In this document: piece by piece, positions 34,250 to 42,004 of the stretch
Layout: each line of letters starts with the position of its first letter
Numbering within the stretch: position 1 is the first letter of the stretch
From: an uncultured Bacillales bacterium
GTDB lineage: Bacteria > Bacillota_I > Bacilli_A > RFN20 > CAG-826
Direction: 5' to 3'
Assembly (NCBI GenBank): GCA_947164155.1
Contig: CAMUVS010000004.1
Span: 603-64,602, forward strand
DNA: 64,000 nucleotides
Made by a program: the position numbers and the translations under genes
The notes under the pieces: generated by a model
What the model was told of the DNA's origin: nothing
What the model saw: the letters and a program-made list of their open reading frames with translations, nothing else
Database searches by the model: none

Positions 34250-34540
34250 TTATTTGTGTTCTACAACAATAAGATGACGTAGGACACTTGGGTTGATACG
34301 GACTAAACGATTGAATTCATTAATCGCTTTGTTATCCATAGAAACCTTAAGTACAACATAGTAGCCCTTAGATTGTTCCTTAATTGGATAAGCAAGTTCA
34401 CGTAAGCCCATAGCTTCGCTTGTTTCTTCAACTTTACCACCATTGTCAGTGATAATTTTGGCAAGCTTTTCCATGACTTCCTTACGTTGTGCTTCATCTA
34501 AGTCGGCTCTTAAAATGTACATAATTTCGTATTTGCGCAT
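34250..34540 (-). CDS. rpsF: 30S ribosomal protein S6
   Basis: 96 aa. MRKYEIMYILRADLDEA is a typical S6 N-terminus. rpsF-ssb-rpsR synteny. Confidence 0.95.
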   Translation of the reverse strand: MRKYEIMYILRADLDEAQRKEVMEKLAKIITDNGGKVEETSEAMGLRELAYPIKEQSKGYYVVLKVSMDNKAINEFNRLVRINPSVLRHLIVVEHK

Positions 34541-34613
34541 TTTCTTTTCCTCCTTGGTCTAACGGCTATTAAGCATAATTAATAGCAGAGTTTTTGCTAA
34601 CTTTAGCATATGT

Positions 34614-34642
34614 ATTATACATATCGCTCATAGTCTTGTAAA
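34614..34642 (-). promoter_or_regulatory. Likely rpsF-ssb-rpsR promoter (TTTACA - 17 nt - TATAAT)
   Basis: Hexamers read on the minus strand about 75 nt upstream of the rpsF ATG. Confidence 0.5.
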
Positions 34643-34754
34643 GAAAGTTTTCCTACGTCAATTTAGTAGTTCTATTTATCTATAATGGCGAACTAGATAA
34701 ATCTAAACCACTATTAATGTTGACATTAGTAACCACGTGGTCTACATTATAATT

Positions 34755-34795
34755 AGTTGGTTGCCCAAGGTTACTACCTTAGGGCTTTTATTATT
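34755..34795 (+). ncRNA. Candidate antisense (antitoxin-like) RNA of module 1
   Basis: Plus-strand TTGACA (34720-34725), 17-nt spacer, TACATT. Then hairpin GCCCAAGG-TTACTA-CCTTAGGGC plus TTTTATTATT, overlapping the last codons and stop of the 28-aa ORF on the other strand. Confidence 0.3.
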
Positions 34796-34860
34796 ATTGT
34801 AAGTATCGAAATCACTATTTCTAGAATTAAGATAATTACTGTCATCTTATTAGAAGACAT
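34774..34860 (-). CDS. 28-aa hydrophobic peptide, type I toxin-like (Fst/TxpA-style)
   Basis: AGGAGG lies 8 nt before the ATG. Product is MSSNKMTVIILILEIVISILTIIIKALR. A conserved 5' hairpin precedes the RBS. Not in the ORF track because it is too short. Confidence 0.4.
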   Translation of the reverse strand: MSSNKMTVIILILEIVISILTIIIKALR

Positions 34861-35024
34861 AATAACCACCTCCTTCTACCCTTGATACATCACGATAGAT
34901 GATTAAAAGTACAAAGAGACCACGAGACAAACTCCTATTAATAGGCAATAGCCCTATCAAAGGATTTAATCAAGACTCTATTAGAGAACTTGACTTTTAA
35001 GCGCTATTCAGTTATCTTTTAGTT

Positions 35025-35068
35025 GTGGTTGACCAACCTAGCGCTTATCGCTTGGTGGGTCTTTTTTT
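35025..35068 (+). ncRNA. Candidate antisense (antitoxin-like) RNA of module 2
   Basis: Plus-strand TTGACT (34990-34995), 17-nt spacer, TATCTT. Then a strong hairpin (35031-35061, 11 of 13 bp) plus TTTTTTT, overlapping the last 8 codons of the 27-aa ORF on the other strand. Confidence 0.3.
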
Positions 35069-35121
35069 ATAATCAATAAGATTATGATGAACTCAAAAAG
35101 AGTCACGATAATTTCTTTCAT
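35038..35121 (-). CDS. 27-aa hydrophobic peptide with a charged tail, type I toxin-like
   Basis: GGAGGGAG RBS. Product is MKEIIVTLFEFIIILLIIKKDPPSDKR. The 5' leader shares ATCATCTAT...GATG...AGGTAG.AGGAGG with module 1. Confidence 0.45.
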   Translation of the reverse strand: MKEIIVTLFEFIIILLIIKKDPPSDKR

Positions 35122-35262
35122 ATAAAACTCCCTCCTACCTCGACTCATCTAACGCATAGATGATCTAGATAAAAAGAAACTGAAGAAGAAAGAAAATCAC
35201 TAGATTCATCCAAAGTGCGTCTTGGATGAGCCTCGGATTATAGAAACTTAAAAAAGTCCCTA

Positions 35263-35305
35263 CATTATATAAAGAGTGGTTTTTTTCGATTTTTTTGCAA
35301 AAAAA
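35263..35305 (-). repeat. Copy B of the conserved upstream cassette
   Basis: CATTATATAAAGAGTGGTTTTTTTCGATTTTTTTGCAAAAAAA is 41 of 43 nt identical to 59595-59637. It is oriented toward the type I toxin-like ORF at 35121. Confidence 0.65.
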
Positions 35306-35358
35306 GTTTTATAAACTAATTAAAAATTGATGAATAAAAAGAAAACTGGCAAAGCCAG

Positions 35359-36228
35359 TTATTTCATAATGTTTCTATCAGTGGAACTAGGAATATAAAT
35401 TCCTTTTTGTTTAAATGCCAAATAGATTCTTTCGGTTAATTGATTATATAAAGTCCAATAATCATCAGCTTTAGTCCAGCATCTAAGCCTCATGTTAACA
35501 GCATATGGTCCAAAAGATTCAGCGTATACTTGTGTTTTTTCAGGATTGATCACAAGTGGTTCATCTTTAATTACTGACGCTAAAGCTTCTTTAACAACTT
35601 CAAGATCGCTATCATAGCTCACCCCAACATCATAATCGATTCGTCTTTCTCCATTCACAGTGTAGTTGGTGATAACCGCACTAGCCATATTTTTATTAGG
35701 GATGATAATTTTTTGACCTTGGAAGCTAGTTAAAATTGTGGTAAAGAAATGAACTCTTTGAACAATACCTTCGCATTCTCCAAAGGCATTTTTAACTAAG
35801 ATATGGTCACCAGTTCTTATAGTTTTTTGATTAATAATCAATAAACCAGAGAAGAATGATCCCACCAAATCTTGTAATGCTAAACCAAGAGCGACACCAA
35901 CAGAGGCAAGGATTCCGCCCACTCCTGATAAATTAATCTTTAAAACACTACAAACGATAAAACCAATAGTGATCCAAATTAAAAATTTAACTAATCCAAG
36001 AAGAATTAATTTTGCAGATACATCTATATCAGGTCCTTTTTTGACCTTAAATAGTTTTTTAAGTAATGGGTTTAATAATTTAAGAATAAGCCAAGTGAAA
36101 ACGATAATAGCAATAGCTACACCAATACGAGATAGATAGTTAATTCCAGCTTCGTCAGGTTTAAAGAAAAAATCTGCAAACTTTTGCCAGAAATCTACCC
36201 AACCTTGCCAAGCATCTAATATTCTCAT
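35359..36228 (-). CDS. Mechanosensitive ion channel (MscS family)
   Basis: 289 aa. Three TM segments plus the MscS beta-domain pattern (GDHILVKNAFGECEGIVQRVHFFTTIL...IIIPN). Confidence 0.85.
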   Translation of the reverse strand: MRILDAWQGWVDFWQKFADFFFKPDEAGINYLSRIGVAIAIIVFTWLILKLLNPLLKKLFKVKKGPDIDVSAKLILLGLVKFLIWITIGFIVCSVLKINLSGVGGILASVGVALGLALQDLVGSFFSGLLIINQKTIRTGDHILVKNAFGECEGIVQRVHFFTTILTSFQGQKIIIPNKNMASAVITNYTVNGERRIDYDVGVSYDSDLEVVKEALASVIKDEPLVINPEKTQVYAESFGPYAVNMRLRCWTKADDYWTLYNQLTERIYLAFKQKGIYIPSSTDRNIMK

Positions 36229-36308
36229 AGCGTTATTATTATAAAATAAATATATATTTAGGCAATAAAAAAATACGACCTAATGGCCGTATCTTTTGTA
36301 TTAAAGAA

Positions 36309-36848
36309 TTAATAGTTTTTAGCTTGTCTTTCGAAATAGCTTTTTGGATGTTTACAAGTTGGACAGAGCTCTGGAGCTTCTTTTCCAACATGGATATGTC
36401 CGCAGTTACGGCATTTCCAGATGACAACATCATCAGAGACAAAGACTTTGTCTGATTTTACTCTTTCAAGTAACGCTCTATATCTTTCTTCGTGTTCTTT
36501 TTCAATCTTAGCGACTAATTCGAATTTGCAAGCAATTTCAATAAAGCCTTCTTCTCTAGCAACGGCTGCCATTTCTTTATACATGTCAGTCCATTCATAG
36601 TTTTCACCTTCAGCGGCTGCTAATAAGTTTTCTGCTGTAGAAGGAACAGCGCCACCATGAAGATATTTAAACCATAATTCAGCGTGTTCTTTTTCGTTAT
36701 CTGCTGTTTCTAAGAAGATAGCAGCGATTTGTTCAAATCCTTCTTTTTTGGCTTTAGAAGCAAAATATGTGTATTTGTTTCTAGCTTGGCTTTCACCAGC
36801 AAAAGCAATTTCTAAGTTTTTTTCAGTACGACTTCCTTTTAATTCCAT
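36309..36848 (-). CDS. rbr: Rubrerythrin
   Basis: 179 aa. Ferritin-like EX2H motifs plus a C-terminal rubredoxin CRNCG...CPTC. Confidence 0.9.
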   Translation of the reverse strand: MELKGSRTEKNLEIAFAGESQARNKYTYFASKAKKEGFEQIAAIFLETADNEKEHAELWFKYLHGGAVPSTAENLLAAAEGENYEWTDMYKEMAAVAREEGFIEIACKFELVAKIEKEHEERYRALLERVKSDKVFVSDDVVIWKCRNCGHIHVGKEAPELCPTCKHPKSYFERQAKNY

Positions 36849-36863
36849 ATATTAATTTCTCCT

Positions 36864-38033
36864 TCAATTATTATAGATAACTTTTGGTCCACTGTCCCTA
36901 ACAAATATTTCTTGTACATTATTTTCTCCATAGTGTTCTTTCATTTTTACTAAAACTTTTTCTAGTTTAGAAGTAGGGACTAAAGCAATAACGCTTCCCG
37001 CAAAGCCACCACCATTAATTTTGACAGCTCCTTGATTATCGCTATATTTCATTAATAAATCACATGCTTCTAATGGCGAACCTTTGTAGTTAGATCCCAC
37101 CATCATATTTTTTAAATATTTAGTGGAAGACTCTCTTGATTCATTAATCATTTTTAAAAATGTTTCTTGCTCATTATCCTGTAGTGCTTTAAAAGCATTT
37201 CTCACTCGAGAATTTTCTCCATAGTAATGTTTAGCTCTTAAATAAGCCATCTCACTCATCTCACTTTTGTGAGCCTCTACTTCCTCAAAAGTGCCTTCGA
37301 CTAGATAGTTATGTCCACACGCTTTAGCGGCTTCATACATATCACTAGGGATAGAAGAATATAAATCACTAAGAGATGAATGATCTCCACCAGTATTTAC
37401 TAAAACAAAGTGTAAATCTTTAAATGGGAATTCGATTTGTTCGACTAGTGGTTCACTGATATTTTTAAAATCAATTTTTACAACTCCACCAAAGCCAACT
37501 CCAATTTGGTCTAAAAGACCACTTTTCTTTCCAAAATACTCATTTTCTGCATATTTTCCAGCTTTACAAAGTTCTAATTTAGAGATCTTGCCGTTATTAA
37601 ATAAGACATTAAAAATGTGCCCCACTAAAAGTTCGAAAGCAGCAGAGCTAGAGACGCCCGCTCCTTTAAAGATTGTGGATTCGCTATAAGCGTTAAATCC
37701 TCCAACTTTATAGCCAAGTCCTTTTAAATAAGCAGCAACTCCTCTAATTAATCCCTTTGAAGTTGCGTATTCTTTTTCATTCGCGTTTAAATCAGATAAA
37801 TCTACTTTATCTAACTCAAAACCAAGGGATTGAAAAAAGACTTTATTAGAACCGTTTTTACTAACCGAAGCAACAATTTCTAAATTACAAGCACTAGCTA
37901 AACATAGACCGTGGTTATGATCTGTATGATTGCCTAAAATTTCAAAGCGGCCACCACAGGAAAAAACGTGTTCAGCGTCACTAGCAAATACTTTTTTATA
38001 TTTAGATAATAATTTAGAAACGTTATCTTCCAT
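36864..38033 (-). CDS. Galactokinase-family GHMP sugar kinase
   Basis: 389 aa. GGRFEILGNHTDHNHG (galactokinase-like signature) and the GHMP motif GAGVSSSAA. Confidence 0.7.
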   Translation of the reverse strand: MEDNVSKLLSKYKKVFASDAEHVFSCGGRFEILGNHTDHNHGLCLASACNLEIVASVSKNGSNKVFFQSLGFELDKVDLSDLNANEKEYATSKGLIRGVAAYLKGLGYKVGGFNAYSESTIFKGAGVSSSAAFELLVGHIFNVLFNNGKISKLELCKAGKYAENEYFGKKSGLLDQIGVGFGGVVKIDFKNISEPLVEQIEFPFKDLHFVLVNTGGDHSSLSDLYSSIPSDMYEAAKACGHNYLVEGTFEEVEAHKSEMSEMAYLRAKHYYGENSRVRNAFKALQDNEQETFLKMINESRESSTKYLKNMMVGSNYKGSPLEACDLLMKYSDNQGAVKINGGGFAGSVIALVPTSKLEKVLVKMKEHYGENNVQEIFVRDSGPKVIYNN

Positions 38034-38590
38034 TATTTGATTTTTCTTCCTTCTGAAAATGCTTGTCCAACTTTTTTACCCACCACATAATAGCCGTGGT
38101 TAAATGGATCATAAGAAATGATTTGCATCTTTTCTAAATTAACTTTACCGTTTTCATCTAAATATTTATCATCCACTAAAAGTTGAACAATATTGCCAAT
38201 AATTCCATAATCCTCTTTAAAACATTCAAGTGTACATTCTAATGAATATGGTAAGTCATCTAAAATTGGCGCGTCCACTAGTTCACTCTTATGAGCTTTC
38301 CAACCAGTTTTTTCAAACTTCTTTGGATCATTTTTACTAGATACAATACCAACAAAATCCGCTGGAACCATATTGCTAACATCCGCCAAAGAAACAGTAA
38401 ACGCTTTTCTTTTTTTAATATTCTCAGTTGTACGATGAGAATCAGAAATATTAAGTTCAATTTGTTTTGTGTCAAATGCGCATCCCCAAGCCGCGTTCAT
38501 TACGTCGATTGAACCATCATCGTTGTAGGTTGCTATTAAAATTACAGGCATTGGGAATATTGCTGGGCAAATATTCATTTTCTTTTTCAT
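38033..38590 (-). CDS. Flavin reductase-like FMN-binding protein
   Basis: 185 aa. PMPVILIATYNDDGSIDVMNAAW pattern of the flavin reductase-like domain. Confidence 0.75.
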   Translation of the reverse strand: MKKKMNICPAIFPMPVILIATYNDDGSIDVMNAAWGCAFDTKQIELNISDSHRTTENIKKRKAFTVSLADVSNMVPADFVGIVSSKNDPKKFEKTGWKAHKSELVDAPILDDLPYSLECTLECFKEDYGIIGNIVQLLVDDKYLDENGKVNLEKMQIISYDPFNHGYYVVGKKVGQAFSEGRKIK

Positions 38591-38593
38591 AGA

Positions 38594-39757
38594 TTATTCC
38601 TCCACTTTCTCACATATATAATTCATTAATCTATTACATGCATCTATTAAATTATTTCTTGGAGTAGCGATATTTAATCTAATATATCCTTCTCCAGATT
38701 TTCCATAGTTAATTCCAGGCGCAACAACTAAGCCAGTAGATTCTTTTAGTCTTTTGACAAATAGCCTTGAATCTTTACTATAACAAGAAATATCAATCCA
38801 CACTAAATAGGTATAAGTTCCGCTGACAATTTTTAAATTTGGTAGGTTTTTGAGCAAAAATTCAGTCAAAAATGTTCGATTTTCGTTTAAATATGAGTTT
38901 AATTGATCTACATACTCATCCCCATAAGTAAAAGCAGTAATAACTGGATCAACTGCAAAATAATTTGGTTCACCAATATCATCTTGATAAAACCCGTTTT
39001 GTACTGTTTCTTTTAACTCATTATTAGAGATAACCGCTACTGAAGAATGTAATCCAGCAACATTAAATACTTTACTAGGAGATAACAATGCAATTACTTT
39101 TTCGTATTGAGAAACTCCACTATTTAAAATAGAGATATATCTTCCTTTATTTAGGTCAATATCGCCATGAATTTCATCAGAAATAACATAGACATCATTT
39201 TGTTTACAGAGGTTAATTATCCTATTTAATTCTTCTATCGTAAATTTTCTTCCTAGTGGATTATGAGGATTACATAACAAGAAAAATTTAGCCCCTTTTA
39301 ATTGAGCTTCTATTTTTTCCCCATTTATTTTTATTTCGTCTTCTTCAATCATGAATTCACATTCTTTAAGAACTAAATTATTATTTTTGATACAGTTAAA
39401 AAACACATTATAAACAGGGGTGAACATGACAACTTCATCTTTTGGTTTACCTAAATGTTTAAATATAGAATCAATTGAGGCCACGACTGATTTAGAAAAT
39501 ATAAACCAATCTTTTTCTAATTTTGTGTTATGTCGATCTCTCCACCAACGAATATATGCTTGATAATATGAATCAGGGACATATGTATAACCATAGCAAG
39601 CTTGCTCTGCCCGAGCTTTAACAGCTTTTTCGATTTCTGGCATAACCATAAAATCCATGTCGGCAATATCTAAAGGAAGCTCGCCTTCACTTACATTCCA
39701 ACGAATACTACATGATTCTTTTCTATTTATAGAAACATCGAAATTATATTTGCTCAT
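38594..39757 (-). CDS. PatB/MalY-type PLP-dependent aminotransferase (cystathionine beta-lyase family)
   Basis: 387 aa. N-terminus ...FDVSINRKESCSIRWN...DIADMDF, NPHNPLGR, and SPSKVFNVAG (PLP lysine). Confidence 0.8.
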   Translation of the reverse strand: MSKYNFDVSINRKESCSIRWNVSEGELPLDIADMDFMVMPEIEKAVKARAEQACYGYTYVPDSYYQAYIRWWRDRHNTKLEKDWFIFSKSVVASIDSIFKHLGKPKDEVVMFTPVYNVFFNCIKNNNLVLKECEFMIEEDEIKINGEKIEAQLKGAKFFLLCNPHNPLGRKFTIEELNRIINLCKQNDVYVISDEIHGDIDLNKGRYISILNSGVSQYEKVIALLSPSKVFNVAGLHSSVAVISNNELKETVQNGFYQDDIGEPNYFAVDPVITAFTYGDEYVDQLNSYLNENRTFLTEFLLKNLPNLKIVSGTYTYLVWIDISCYSKDSRLFVKRLKESTGLVVAPGINYGKSGEGYIRLNIATPRNNLIDACNRLMNYICEKVEE

Positions 39758-40610
39758 TGATGATTATCTCCGTTTTAGAAACATCAATTTTATCTTTTTC
39801 TAATATTAACTTTTTTATGCCTTTACATTCAATTCTTCCAGAGATTGGATTTTTAACTGAATCAATAACATTCTTGACCTTTATATCTAAGCGAGAGCAA
39901 TATTCAAAACATAAATCAGAATCAATTAGTTCACAATTAATCATTTTAACGTTATCCATATAGCATAAGCCCTGGTGTGAAATGATTTTACAGTTTATAA
40001 ACGTCACATTTTTACTATTCCAGGCTAGATACTCTCCAATAATTGTAGAATCTGTAACAACGACATTTTCTACATTCCAAAATGCATCTTTTGTTTTTAA
40101 AACTGAATTATGGATTTTGATGTTTTTAGCCCCATCAAAGCCATAGTTTCCATCTAAATGTAAATTTTCAATTTCTAACTCTTCAGAATTAAAACCAAAA
40201 TAATCACCTTTAACTTCAACATTAGTCAGTTTAACACCCTTACATTTCCAAAGTGTTTCATCCGCATGTGGTAATTTAACATTTATTAAGGATATAGATT
40301 CACCTCTTCTAAATGTTTTAGGAGCCTCGATTATTGTATCGGTTATTTCAATGTTTTTTGTGTACCATATCCCGCTTCTTGCGGTAAATAAAAATTTGGA
40401 GTTTCTAACCTTAACATTTTGACAGTACCATAATGGGTATTTCCACTGAAAAGTTGATTCAATAATTTGGATATCTTTACTTTCCTTTAAAGGTGATTCT
40501 CCATCATGAAAATAACATTTATGAAAAGTGGCCTCACTAGTCATAAACATCGCTCGCTCACCAGTAAAAGACTGTTCATTATAATATTTCATATTATTTA
40601 CTTTGTTCAA
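39744..40610 (-). CDS. DUF3737-family beta-helix protein
   Basis: 288 aa. ...FTGERAMF...DGESPLKESKDIQIIESTFQWKYPLWY is typical of DUF3737. An alternative start at 40592 (MKYYNEQ) would remove the overlap with hypB. Confidence 0.65.
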   Translation of the reverse strand: MNKVNNMKYYNEQSFTGERAMFMTSEATFHKCYFHDGESPLKESKDIQIIESTFQWKYPLWYCQNVKVRNSKFLFTARSGIWYTKNIEITDTIIEAPKTFRRGESISLINVKLPHADETLWKCKGVKLTNVEVKGDYFGFNSEELEIENLHLDGNYGFDGAKNIKIHNSVLKTKDAFWNVENVVVTDSTIIGEYLAWNSKNVTFINCKIISHQGLCYMDNVKMINCELIDSDLCFEYCSRLDIKVKNVIDSVKNPISGRIECKGIKKLILEKDKIDVSKTEIIINEQI

Positions 40611-41259
40611 TTAAACTATCAAGGTAGTTAATTAGGCTATCAACACCTTGATTCTTTATAGAAGAAAGAGCAAATATTTTTGCTTCAGGATTTCTATACA
40701 ATATATTTGCTTTAGCTTTAGAAAGATCAAAATCAAAAATTTCCGCGACATCCATTTTAGAAATAACCGCGATTTTACTGACTTGGAACATAAGTGGGTA
40801 TTTTAAAGGTTTATCGTGTCCTTCGGAAGTCGATAAAAGCATCATATTGATATTACTACCAGTATCAAATTCAGCAGGGCAAACAAGATTACCGACATTT
40901 TCTAAAATGATTAAATCTAAATCATCCACTCCAAATGCTTTCAAAGCATCTTCCACCATTTGAGCGGTCAAGTGACACGCTCCAGAAGTATGAACTTGAA
41001 TGACTTTTACGCCGGTATTTTGACTAATTCTTTCCGCATCAACATCCCCATCAATATCCGCCTCAAGAACGCCAATACGATATTTGGATTTTAAAGAATT
41101 AATTACTCTAGTTAATAAAGTGGTCTTTCCACTACCAGGAGAGGCCATAACATTAATAAAATAAATGCCTTTTTCTTTTAAAAATGCTCTTAAAGAGTCT
41201 GCTTTCTTATTATTTTCAATTAATATATCTTCTTTGACTTTAACAATTTGAATATCCAT
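40594..41259 (-). CDS. hypB: Hydrogenase/urease-type nickel-insertion GTPase HypB (copy 1)
   Basis: 221 aa. SPGSGKTTLL (G1), GACHL (CH motif), ENVGNLVCPAEFD. No His-rich N-terminus. Confidence 0.85.
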   Translation of the reverse strand: MDIQIVKVKEDILIENNKKADSLRAFLKEKGIYFINVMASPGSGKTTLLTRVINSLKSKYRIGVLEADIDGDVDAERISQNTGVKVIQVHTSGACHLTAQMVEDALKAFGVDDLDLIILENVGNLVCPAEFDTGSNINMMLLSTSEGHDKPLKYPLMFQVSKIAVISKMDVAEIFDFDLSKAKANILYRNPEAKIFALSSIKNQGVDSLINYLDSLIEQSK

Positions 41260-41320
41260 GTGAAATATCTTACCACAAAATAAAATATTTTATTTTAATA
41301 TTTTTAATTTTCTAGATATA

Positions 41321-42004
41321 ATGGTGAAGATGGAAAAAGTAAGAACTATTCTATTGAATCGTTCTGCCTATGCAGATAATGATCAAGAAGCTGATGCGCT
41401 AAGAAGCTATTTAAAAGACCACCAAACATTTGTGGTTAATTTAATGTCTTCCCCAGGAGCGGGTAAGACCACTACACTTATTAAATTAATCAATATTCTT
41501 AAGAAAGATTTTAAAATTGGGGTAATGGAAGCGGATATCGATAGTGATGTTGATGCGGTTAATGTCGCTAAAAGTACTGGAGTGACATCTATTCAATTGC
41601 ATACTAACGGAATGTGTCACTTAGATGCTGGCATGACTAAAACTGGATTAGACGGCATTAACTTCAACGATTTTGATCTAATTTTCTTAGAAAATGTTGG
41701 TAATCTTGTTTGCCCTGCTGAATTTGATACCGGGGCCTCTATGGATATGATGATTCTTTCTGTCCCTGAGGGTGATGATAAACCAATTAAATATCCACTG
41801 GTGTTTGAAAAGTCAAAACTAGTGCTCATAAATAAGATCGATGCTCTTCCATATTTCGATTTTAATATGGAGAAATGTATTTCTAATATTAAATACCGTA
41901 ATAAAAATGCTACAATAATACCGATAAGCGCAAAAACAGGTAAAAATATCGATTTAGTCGCAAAATATTTCAAAGATATAGTTTCAAATTGGAGGAATAA
42001 CTAA
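41321..42004 (+). CDS. hypB: Nickel-insertion GTPase HypB (copy 2)
   Basis: 227 aa. SPGAGKTTTL, GMCHL, ENVGNLVCPAEFD. The stop overlaps the next ATG (TAATG). Confidence 0.85.
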   Translation: MVKMEKVRTILLNRSAYADNDQEADALRSYLKDHQTFVVNLMSSPGAGKTTTLIKLINILKKDFKIGVMEADIDSDVDAVNVAKSTGVTSIQLHTNGMCHLDAGMTKTGLDGINFNDFDLIFLENVGNLVCPAEFDTGASMDMMILSVPEGDDKPIKYPLVFEKSKLVLINKIDALPYFDFNMEKCISNIKYRNKNATIIPISAKTGKNIDLVAKYFKDIVSNWRNN

